DNA of 47,714 nucleotides from Planctomycetota bacterium (GTDB lineage: Bacteria; Planctomycetota; B15-G4; JADJEK01): positions 1 to 47,714 of the forward strand of contig JAZDLC010000196.1 of the NCBI GenBank assembly GCA_043802345.1, in the 5' to 3' direction. The position numbers and the translations under genes are program-made. Positions 29,787 through 38,172 of this stretch are shown here, piece by piece. Under the pieces are notes generated by a model. The model saw nothing but the letters and a program-made list of their open reading frames with translations. It did no database searches and had not been told where the DNA came from. Within the stretch, counting starts at the first letter, position 1; each line of letters opens with the position of its first letter.

Positions 29787-30772
29787 CCTACGACCTCCGG
29801 GACGCCTATCTGGCCGAAGGCCTGGGCGAGGAGGAGACCGCCGAGTTTGATCGCGCCGACACCATCGAAGCGATCGAGGACGCCCTGAAGCGCCTCGGTT
29901 TCGAGGTGGATCGGATCGGCCGCGCCAAGGAGTTGATGGCGCGGCTCCTGAAGGGCGACCGTTTCGACCTGGTCTTCAACATCGCCGAGGGACTGTACGG
30001 CAGCAGCCGCGAATCGCAGGTGCCGGCGATCCTCGACGCCTTCCGCATTCCATACACATTCTCCGACGCAACCGTGCTGGGACTGTCCCTGGACAAGGCC
30101 TTCACCAAGCATGTGCTCCGCGACGCCGGCCTTCCCACCGCCGATTTCCGGGTGGTGGAGGACCTGCACGACCTGGAGCAGGTGGACCTGCCGTTCCCCC
30201 TGTTCCTGAAGCCGGTAGGCGAAGGCACGGGCAAGGGGGTCACCTCCGAGTCGAAGGTCACTTCCAGGGCCGGGCTGATCGCGCTGGGCACGTCGCTGCT
30301 GCGGCACTTCTCGCAGCCTGTCCTGGTCGAGGAGTTCCTGCCGGGACGCGAATTCACGGTGGGCATCGTGGGGACCGGCGCGGCCACCGAAGCGGTCGGC
30401 ACCGCCGAGATCGTGCTGAAAGCCGGCGCCGAGAAGGACGTCTACTCCTACGTCAACAAGGAGCGTTGCGAGGAGCTGGTCGAGTACCGGCTGGTCACCG
30501 ACAGCATGGCCCAGGAGGCAGCCCGCCTGGCGGTGCTCGCCTGGCGCGCCATGCGCTGCCGCGACGGTGGCCGCATCGACCTCAGAGCCGACGTCGACGG
30601 CAACCTGAAGCTTCTCGAGCTGAACCCGCTGGCCGGTCTGCACCCCGAGCACTCCGACCTGCCGATCATCTGCACCATGGTGGGGATGACGTATATCGAA
30701 CTGATCGACCGCATCACCAGGTCGGCCCTCGCGCGCATCGGGCGCGAGCCGCCGGCGCAGCGCGGCAAGTAG
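29771..30772 (+). CDS. D-Ala-D-Ala ligase-like ATP-grasp protein (1)
   Basis: GTG start after RBS gaggagg; DLVFNIAEG, IPYTFSD, LDK, FPLFLKP..EGTGKG, VLVEEFLPGREFTVG, RIDLR and ELNPLAGL motifs. Lacks the Ddl GG.S.E motif. Confidence 0.88.
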   Translation: MRIGLTYDLRDAYLAEGLGEEETAEFDRADTIEAIEDALKRLGFEVDRIGRAKELMARLLKGDRFDLVFNIAEGLYGSSRESQVPAILDAFRIPYTFSDATVLGLSLDKAFTKHVLRDAGLPTADFRVVEDLHDLEQVDLPFPLFLKPVGEGTGKGVTSESKVTSRAGLIALGTSLLRHFSQPVLVEEFLPGREFTVGIVGTGAATEAVGTAEIVLKAGAEKDVYSYVNKERCEELVEYRLVTDSMAQEAARLAVLAWRAMRCRDGGRIDLRADVDGNLKLLELNPLAGLHPEHSDLPIICTMVGMTYIELIDRITRSALARIGREPPAQRGK

Positions 30773-30778
30773 TCCAGC

Positions 30779-31771
30779 TTGAAGATTGCGATTCTGTTCA
30801 ACGAAGTGGACCGGGACGCCCCGGCCGACGAACGCGACGTGCTCGACCAGATGGAGGTGATCAGCGACGCCGTCTGCGAGCTTCGCCACCTTTCTGTCAC
30901 CATTCCAGTGGGTCTCGACCTGTACGCCCTCCGTTCGAGGCTTCTGCTGGAGCGCCCGGACGCCGTGTTCAACCTGGTCGAGTCCCTGGCCGGTTCGGAC
31001 CGGTTGATCCTGACCGTGCCGGCCCTGCTCGAAACGCTTCAGCTGCCTTTTTCCGGGGCTCCCCTGGAGGCGCTCCTGAAGAGCACCAACAAGGTGCTGG
31101 CCAAGATCCTCATGCGAGCGCTGGGACTCCCCACCGCCGACTGGTCGGAGGGGGAAGACCTGGAGCGGGTGTTCCGCCCCGGGGCCCGCGTCATCGCCAA
31201 ATCGAGGTGGAGCCACGGCTCGCTGGGGCTGGAGGAGGATGCGGTCCTGAAGGCAGCCGAGCCCGACAAGATCCGCGCCCGGCTGCGCCGGGACGAGGGG
31301 GACTGCTTCGTCGAGGAGTACATCGAAGGGAGGGAATTCAACCTCTCCGTACTGGGTGGCGCAGCGGGGCCGGAGGTGCTGCCCCTGGCGGAGATCCGCT
31401 TCGACGAGTTCGCGCCGGGGCGGCCGCGCATCGTCGGGTACCGCGCGAAGTGGGATCCCGATTCACTCGAGTCCCACGGGACGCCGCGGACCTTCACGTT
31501 CGGGGGGCGGGACAGCGAGCTGCTCGACAGGTTGCGGCATGCGGCCCTGGCGTGCTGGCGGGGCTTCGGCCTGCGCGGCTACGCGCGGGTCGACTTCCGG
31601 GTCGATGAGGCCGGCAATCCCTACATCCTGGAAGTGAACGCCAACCCATGCCTGTCCCGGGACGCCGGCTTCCTGGCCGCGGCGGCTGAAGCCGGGCTCG
31701 ATTCCACCGCTGTGGTCGCGCGTATCCTGGCCGATGCGCCCGGCGCGGGCGGCCGTTTGAAAGGCAACTGA
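30779..31771 (+). CDS. D-Ala-D-Ala ligase-like ATP-grasp protein (2)
   Basis: TTG start; PDAVFNLVES, LPFSG, K...HGSLG, FVEEYIEGREF, Y.AKW, GYARVDFR and LEVNANP motifs. Confidence 0.88.
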   Translation: MKIAILFNEVDRDAPADERDVLDQMEVISDAVCELRHLSVTIPVGLDLYALRSRLLLERPDAVFNLVESLAGSDRLILTVPALLETLQLPFSGAPLEALLKSTNKVLAKILMRALGLPTADWSEGEDLERVFRPGARVIAKSRWSHGSLGLEEDAVLKAAEPDKIRARLRRDEGDCFVEEYIEGREFNLSVLGGAAGPEVLPLAEIRFDEFAPGRPRIVGYRAKWDPDSLESHGTPRTFTFGGRDSELLDRLRHAALACWRGFGLRGYARVDFRVDEAGNPYILEVNANPCLSRDAGFLAAAAEAGLDSTAVVARILADAPGAGGRLKGN

Positions 31772-31773
31772 AA

Positions 31774-33519
31774 ATGTTCCGGGTCCGACGAGTTTTTGAC
31801 GACCTGCTGCCGGAGGACGCCGATGCCGTCCGCCAGGTTACGCAGATCCTGAAAGAGCAGTTCCCGGATCTCCGTCCCAGGGAGATCCAGGCGATTCCGA
31901 AGAAGCTCAAGGATCCGGTCGGCGCCGGGTGGCGCACCATCCTGTTCGTGGCGGAGAAGCAGCGCGAGGTCCGCGGCTTCGCCCTGGTGCTGCACGCTCC
32001 GGACGAGAGCTTCTGCTACCTCGACTACATTGCCGCGGGGATGACCCGCACCGGCTCGGGAGTCGGTGGCGCCCTCTACCAGCGAGTGCGGGAGGAAGTG
32101 CGCCTGCTCGGCGCCGTCGGACTGTTCCTCGAGTGCCTTCCGGACGACCTCGAGCACTGTCCCGAGCCGGAACTGCGCAAGGAGAACGCCCGGCGACTGC
32201 GTTTCTACGAGAACTACGGGGCACGTCCGCTCGACGGCAACGCCTACCAGACTCCGATCGATCCAGGCGATACCCACATGCCGGTGCTGGTGTACGACGG
32301 GCTCGATCCCGACCGGCCCCTGGCCAGGACGCGGGCGCGGCGCGTGGTGCGGGCGATCCTGGAGCGGAAGTACGGTGACCTGTGCCCGGCCCTGTACGTC
32401 GACAAGGTGGTGGCGTCCTTCAAGGACGATCCGGTGAAGCTGCGCCCCTACCTTTACGTGAAGGAACCCGCCGCCGCCCTGCCGGGGACCGGCCCACTCC
32501 CTGTCGAGCATCAGATCGCGCTCACCATCAACAAGGACCATGAGATCCACCATGTACGTGAGCGCGGCTACGTCGAATCGCCGGTACGGATCGCGACCAT
32601 CCAGCGCGAGGTCGACAAGCTGCCGTTCATGACCACTCTGCCGGTCCGGAGCTTCCCGGACAGGCACGTGGAGGCGGTCCATGACCGCGCCTTCCTCAGC
32701 TACTTGAAGACGGTGTGCGACAACACGCCGGAGGGGGAGTCGGTCTACCCGTACGTCTTCCCGATCCGCAACGCGGCCCGGCCGCCGAAGGAACTCGCCG
32801 TACGTGCCGGTTACTTCTGCATCGACACCTTAACGCCGCTGCACCGGAACGTCTGGCGCGCGGCCAGAGGCGCGGTGAACTGCGCGCTGACCGTCGCGGA
32901 CGCCCTGCTCCAGGGCCACCGGCTGGCGTATGCGCTGGTCCGCCCGCCGGGGCATCACGCCGAGACCCGGACGTTCGGCGGCTTCTGCTACCTGAATTCC
33001 ACCGCCATTGCCGCGCAGTATCTCGCGGGCCGCGGACGGGTGGCGATCCTCGACATCGACTACCATCACGGCAACGGGCAGCAGGAGATCTTCTACCGGC
33101 GCAGAGATGTGCTCACCATCTCCATCCACGGCCACCCGCGGTTCGCCTACCCGTACTTCAGCGGCTTCGAGGACGAACGCGGCGAGGGGGAGGGCACGGA
33201 ATTCAACCGCAACTATCCGCTGGCCGAGGCCACCACGCCGGAGCAGTACGCGGCCACGCTGCACCGCGCGCTGGGGCGAATCCACTCCTTCAAGCCGACA
33301 GCGCTGGTGGTGGCGCTGGGACTCGACACCGCGCAGGGAGACCCGACCGGAACCTGGTCGCTGCGTCCCAAGAACTTCGAGGAGAACGGCCGGCAGATCG
33401 GTCTGCTGCGCCTGCCCACGCTGGTGGTGCAGGAGGGGGGATACCGCACGCGAACCCTGGGAATCAACCTGCGCAACTTCCTGTTGGGACTGCGTCAGGG
33501 AATGCTGGAGGCCGGATGA
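31774..33519 (+). CDS. GNAT acetyltransferase domain fused to histone deacetylase-family (acetylpolyamine amidohydrolase-like) domain
   Basis: N-terminal V.GFA, YLDYIA, G.GVGGALY and RFYE.YGA (GNAT). C-terminal ESP.RI, RPPGHHA, GGFCYLN, DIDYHHGNG, SIHG, LG.D and QEGGY (HDAC). Confidence 0.9.
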   Translation: MFRVRRVFDDLLPEDADAVRQVTQILKEQFPDLRPREIQAIPKKLKDPVGAGWRTILFVAEKQREVRGFALVLHAPDESFCYLDYIAAGMTRTGSGVGGALYQRVREEVRLLGAVGLFLECLPDDLEHCPEPELRKENARRLRFYENYGARPLDGNAYQTPIDPGDTHMPVLVYDGLDPDRPLARTRARRVVRAILERKYGDLCPALYVDKVVASFKDDPVKLRPYLYVKEPAAALPGTGPLPVEHQIALTINKDHEIHHVRERGYVESPVRIATIQREVDKLPFMTTLPVRSFPDRHVEAVHDRAFLSYLKTVCDNTPEGESVYPYVFPIRNAARPPKELAVRAGYFCIDTLTPLHRNVWRAARGAVNCALTVADALLQGHRLAYALVRPPGHHAETRTFGGFCYLNSTAIAAQYLAGRGRVAILDIDYHHGNGQQEIFYRRRDVLTISIHGHPRFAYPYFSGFEDERGEGEGTEFNRNYPLAEATTPEQYAATLHRALGRIHSFKPTALVVALGLDTAQGDPTGTWSLRPKNFEENGRQIGLLRLPTLVVQEGGYRTRTLGINLRNFLLGLRQGMLEAG

Positions 33520-34016
33520 TGAACGATGGAAACCTGCGCTTTCGCGCCGAGCCGGGAGCCGACGGCTGCGAGATCGTGCGTGAGATCACGATGAGCAGCG
33601 GCTACTTCAACGAGGAGGAGGTGGAGGTCGCCGTCTCCCTGGTCGCCGAACGCCTGGAGAAGGGGGAAGCGAGCGGGTACTACTTCCGCTTCGCCGAACG
33701 GGACGGGCGCGCGGTCGGCTACACCACCTTCGGCCCGATCGCCGGCACCGACCAGCGGTACGACCTGTACTGGATCGCTGTTGCCGAAGAGGAGCGGGGG
33801 ACGGGCATCGGCAAGGTACTGCTCAAGGAAACCGAGCAGGCGATCCTCGCCGCCGGCGGCGCGCGGATCTTCGTGGAGACCAGTTCGCGTCCCGACTACG
33901 TCTCGACCCGGCGCTTCTACGAGGCGACCGGCTACTCTCACGTCGTCACGATCGAGGGCTTCTACCGCAAGGGGGACGGGAAGGCGCTCTACGTGAAGAT
34001 CCTGCGAGAGGACTAA
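33516..34016 (+). CDS. GNAT family N-acetyltransferase
   Basis: ATGA overlap with the previous stop; YDLYWIAV....RG.GIG..LL, VETSS...Y..TRRFYE..GY motifs. Confidence 0.9.
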   Translation: MMNDGNLRFRAEPGADGCEIVREITMSSGYFNEEEVEVAVSLVAERLEKGEASGYYFRFAERDGRAVGYTTFGPIAGTDQRYDLYWIAVAEEERGTGIGKVLLKETEQAILAAGGARIFVETSSRPDYVSTRRFYEATGYSHVVTIEGFYRKGDGKALYVKILRED

Positions 34017-34301
34017 AGAGCGAGCCGCCGGCACCCTTGATCGGGTAACGCCCATCCTGGAAGTCAGCAACAGATCGTCCTCCAGGGAAACCAGGAAACC
34101 AGGAAGTGGATTGCTGCTGTTGGCCGGGAACCTCCAACATGCCAGCGCGTTCGACTTCTCGGACCACACAGCGGCAACCGAACCGCCCCGAAAAAGCAGA
34201 AGAAAAAGTACTGACTTCTCTGCCGGACTGCGATTCCCCCTGTGACGGGCGCTGTGTGCCGCCCTCGCAATGAGAAGCCTCGGTCCAGAAGGAGTTCAGC
34301 C

Positions 34302-34535
34302 ATGAATCAGCGAAACGGCCTCCTGTGTCTGACTGATACAGCAGCAATTACGGCGTTGTCTGTGCGCCGGCGACCAGCCTGCTGGATCTGGGCGGCTGTG
34401 CTGCTTTGGCTCGCGCCGGCCGTCATGGCCGGTGAGACCACCTGCGCGTCGGTCGACCCGACCGGGGCGCAGGCGAACGGCCGCCTGGTAACCTTCGAGT
34501 CGTTTGCGACGAATCTCGTGTCCGAGTTGGAGTAG
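34302..34535 (+). pseudogene. Remnant of a secreted TolB/PD40-like repeat protein
   Basis: RBS aaggag and signal peptide, then T..SVD.TGAQANG and R.V.FES.ATNLV, two pieces of the repeat unit joined directly, then a stop. Confidence 0.5.
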
Positions 34536-34578
34536 GGGACATCCCTGATATTCGTACTTGCGCTCGCGCAAGCGACGG

Positions 34579-34696
34579 AGGTACGGTGCCGCGACAGATT
34601 CCTCCGGATTCATGAGACAGCGCGGCGGATTGCCGGGAGCCTGTCAACTACGAGGAGCCGATCGAATCCGGTGGAAAGTGTCGCGGCACCGTACCC
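34579..34696. mobile_element. MITE copy 2 (~118 bp), ISAzo13-related ends
   Basis: Perfect 17 bp IR ggtacggtgccgcgaca/tgtcgcggcaccgtacc plus inner IR ttcctccggattc/gaatccggtggaa; colinear with 12421-12537. Confidence 0.85.
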
Positions 34697-35128
34697 TCAG
34701 GGCACGACGGTGATTGGCACGGGGCTCATCTGCACCAGCGAGCCCGACACGCTGCCGAAGAGGAGCAAGGCCACGAGCGAGCGTCCGCGGCGGCCGGTGA
34801 ACATCTGATCGACGTCTCGCTCCTTGGCCAGCGCGCACAGGCATTCGCTCGTGTGGCCATGTCTGACCACCAGTTCGATCCCGAGATCGCCGCCGCCCAG
34901 CTCGTCGGCGAGTGGCTGCAAGATGCCGGACGTGGCATCTGCGATCTCCTTGCGGTGTTCGACGGGCCGTTCCGAGAGCTCCTCCGGCGTGAGGAGCTCG
35001 TAGGGGGACCAGTCCACGATGTGGGCCAGGATCAGCCGTGCGCCCTCGGCCCGGGCCCTTCTTGCGGCGTACTGAGCGGCGCGCCGCGCGCCCTCGCTCC
35101 CATCGGCTCCCACCAGAAAGACTGCCAT
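34697..35128 (-). CDS. Universal stress protein (UspA family)
   Basis: LVGADGSEGA.RA, L.LAHI, G.RGRS....LLFGSVS..LV..SP.PITVVP motifs. Confidence 0.93.
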   Translation of the reverse strand: MAVFLVGADGSEGARRAAQYAARRARAEGARLILAHIVDWSPYELLTPEELSERPVEHRKEIADATSGILQPLADELGGGDLGIELVVRHGHTSECLCALAKERDVDQMFTGRRGRSLVALLLFGSVSGSLVQMSPVPITVVP

Positions 35129-35330
35129 CAAATCACCTCGCGCGTTCTCTTGGTTCGGATCCGGATCCTGGAGGCACAATAGTCGGCCCGCCGCCTTGCG
35201 GCAAGGTCGTTGCGCGGCGGGTCACAGGCCGGGATTCCTCGGGGCGCAAGCCAGGGCCGTCGGATTCGACGCACAGGAACATTGAGTTTGGGGCGCCGCA
35301 GATGACCGCCGTGAGCCGATAAGGGAGTCC

Positions 35331-35549
35331 ATGGATTTTGGAGCCAATGCGCTGTACGCCTCGGTGTTCCTGAGCGCCGTCGGCGTCGGTTTCTTCGTCT
35401 ACGGCAAGAAGCAGCGCCGCGCGCCGCAACTGGTGGGGGGGCTCCTGTTGATGGTCTTCCCCTACTTCGTGACCGGAGCGGGGTGGATGCTGCTGACCGG
35501 TGGCGCCGTGGTCCTGGGAATCGTGCTCGCGGTCCGGTACGGGCTCTAG
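35331..35549 (+). CDS. Small membrane protein (GxxxFxYGKKQ...LMxFPYF family)
   Basis: 72 aa, RBS agggag, three hydrophobic segments, conserved-looking YGKKQ and FPYF. Confidence 0.75.
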   Translation: MDFGANALYASVFLSAVGVGFFVYGKKQRRAPQLVGGLLLMVFPYFVTGAGWMLLTGGAVVLGIVLAVRYGL

Positions 35550-35554
35550 AGTCT

Positions 35555-36109
35555 CTACCGCGAGTACAAGCCCGTCACGGTGCCTGAACCGAGAATGTGT
35601 CCCGCCATCTTGTTCCGCAATTCCTCCACGGTGGCGCCTGGCTCCAGGTCGAGCGCCGCGTCGAGGGCGTAGAGGGTGAAGATATAGTGGTGGTCTCCCG
35701 AACCGGGTGGCGGCGCGGGTCCACGCCACCCCAGGTTCTTGCCTCCGGGCCAGGAGTTTCGCCCGTCACGCGCAGGGGTTTCCCCGGCCGCGAACCCCTC
35801 GGGCAGGCTCCCTGTGGCAGGGCCGATCCCGTACAGCACCCAGTGCACCCAGGGCGTCGCGGTCGGCGCGTCGGGGTCCTCGCAGATGAGCGCCAGTTCC
35901 TTCGCGCCGGCGGGGATCTCCGCGAAATCCAGCGGCGGCGAGAGATCCTCTCCATCCGCCGTGTGCTTTTTCGGCATCCGCCCGCCGTCAGCGAACGCGG
36001 AACTCTTGAGGGTCGGCATGGACGACGTCTCCTCGGTCGCCGGCCGCCCGCCGCAGCAGGCGAGAAGGCCGGTGAGCAAAGCCAGAAGCAATACCTGTGC
36101 GAGTTTCAT
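35555..36109 (-). CDS. YbhB/YbcL (PEBP/Raf kinase inhibitor-like) lipoprotein
   Basis: Lipobox LLA-C; S.AF..G..MP, DG.D.SP.L, EDPDAP...WVHW, GP.PP.G..HHY.F.LYALD motifs. Confidence 0.92.
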   Translation of the reverse strand: MKLAQVLLLALLTGLLACCGGRPATEETSSMPTLKSSAFADGGRMPKKHTADGEDLSPPLDFAEIPAGAKELALICEDPDAPTATPWVHWVLYGIGPATGSLPEGFAAGETPARDGRNSWPGGKNLGWRGPAPPPGSGDHHYIFTLYALDAALDLEPGATVEELRNKMAGHILGSGTVTGLYSR

Positions 36110-36274
36110 GCCCCTCATTCTGCCGGAAGGCCCGCGGGGATGGCAAGCGCGGCCGGCGTGATCTCCTTGAGGTCCTGATACAATGCCGGCGCCAGGAAGG
36201 CCCAGGAGTCGCTCGTCAACCAGACACCCATTGCGGGCTCGCGCGGGCATCCGCCCGACGAATGGATCGATGCC

Positions 36275-38172
36275 ATGTCACTCCAACAGATCTCGCGCCT
36301 GACCCTGCTCGCCTGGTGCGCCCTGTGGAGTGCGTCGACAGCCGGAGCGGCCGTGCCTCCTCCGTCCGAAACCCCGGTCGACATCGTTGTGTCCGGGCGG
36401 ACCTCGACACTTTTGGGCATCACGATCGTCAACGTCGGACAGGAAGTTCCCAGGACGTATGCGGGCGACCAAATCAAGAGCGTGCCGGGCACCACGTGGT
36501 ACGTCAGCCGCCACTACGCGCTGCGTTCGGAGATGTCCGAAAGCGAATCGCGAGAGTATCTGACCCTGTCCGAACTCGCCTACCCCCACCTGGTGTGGGT
36601 GATCGGCAAGGAACCTCCGGACATCGACACGACGCGCATCGCGCTGTCGTACTCGAAGAGCCTGGAGCGGCTGAAGGAGGCGAGCGACATCGATCTTGGC
36701 GGCGTGGGGTGGCGCGGCGGCGGCGGGGGGTGACGTTGACGGCGAACCGGGTCGCGTACAACTACCCGAGCGGCACTTTGCGGTATCACCGGCGCGACCT
36801 GGTGATCCACGAGAATCTGCATGCGTTCCAGTGGATCGCCACCGGCAGCACCGACAACATGCCGCTCAGGTTCAACGAGGGGATCACCTACGCGCTTGCC
36901 AACCACGTCTTCGACCCGAAGAACAACCGGCTCACCGTCATGGTGCTGGACAAGGCGACGACCAACAACCCGTTCGACTCGGGCCTGCGCCGGCTGGAGC
37001 ACGACTTCGTGCCGGCGGGCGACTTCTACGGCTCCAGCGGCGGGGACCGCGGTTACATCCCTGATGTCTGGGCCATCTGGATGCAGTTCCTCTGGTCGGA
37101 CCCCGAGCGGTGCATGAAGCAGAAGATCTGGCGCGACGGGATGTTCCGTGCGAACCTCGGGGGCGAGGCGCAGCAGGAACTCGACCGGCGGCTCATGGAG
37201 GAGATCTTCGGCCCGGCCGACGCGCTGAACGAGGAGTGGAAGGCGTGGCTCTCGAAACGGCGCAGCTCCTTCCACTACGTCGACTGGGGATGGGAGCAGG
37301 AGGGGGACACGTTCTGGTCGTACGGCTGGCCGAATCGCCTCGGATTCTCGGAGACCGACCTCCAGTATGCGCCCGCGGAGAGGGTCGAGTACGATCCATT
37401 GCGCATGGACTGGCCCGCCGAGTCGAAGTCGCACCTCGTCGGCGAGGTGAGGAGAGGCGTGGCCGAGCCGAGCGTCGGCTGCGTGGTCGATTTCTCGAGG
37501 TACCGCCGGCAGGGGCTCATCGGCATGGGGCTGGGGCTGATGCCCGATCCGGCGCCGAGCCTGGTCGCCGTGCTCGTCGACTCCGAACGCCAACTGCTGG
37601 TCGACGGTTCCGGCATCGGCATCCCGTCGCAGACGTTCCCCTTCTCGAGGGAGTTCCAGGACGCGATGGAGGCGGGCGCCCACCGCGTCGGTCTGACGCT
37701 GCGAATCGAGCAGGAGGCGCTCTCGATCGTCGCCCGTGCGGGCAAGGAGGACGCGGTCTGTGAGCTGACCGCCTCGATGCCCCTCACGCCGGAGCTGCGC
37801 GGCAGGCTCCTGAACCGGCACCTGGCCGTCCTCGCGAAGGACGGACGGCTGGGCATCACCCCGTACGTGGACGACGCCCGCCTGCCGCCGCCCGACCTTT
37901 CAAGGCCCGCGCCCCCGAACCGCTGGCGCTTCGCGGGTGAGGAGGAGCTCTACCGGCTCTACCGCGCCGCCTGGCGGCTGGGGGACGACACGCCCAGCTC
38001 GTTGATGCTCCTCAAGGACCGGTTGACCGGGGCCGCCGGCGCCGGGGCGGAGGAGCAACAACGCGGCATGGTCGAATACCGCGAGCGGATCGGCGCTGTC
38101 CTGCGGGACGTGAAGCACGTTCCAGAGGGAGAGAAGGCGAACCTGGCGCTCAGGGAGCTTCTGGGAGCTTAA
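36275..38172 (+). pseudogene. Secreted gluzincin-type metallopeptidase-like protein split by a 1-nt frameshift in a G6 tract
   Basis: 5' part (36275-36733) has a signal peptide and stops at ggggggTGA. The adjacent frame continues GTG ACG... with HENLH..FNEG to 38172. Adding one G fuses the two parts. Confidence 0.75.

Noticed and set aside
36731-36733. TGA as selenocysteine read-through
   Set aside because: The coding-like continuation is in a different frame, so this is a frameshift rather than recoding.
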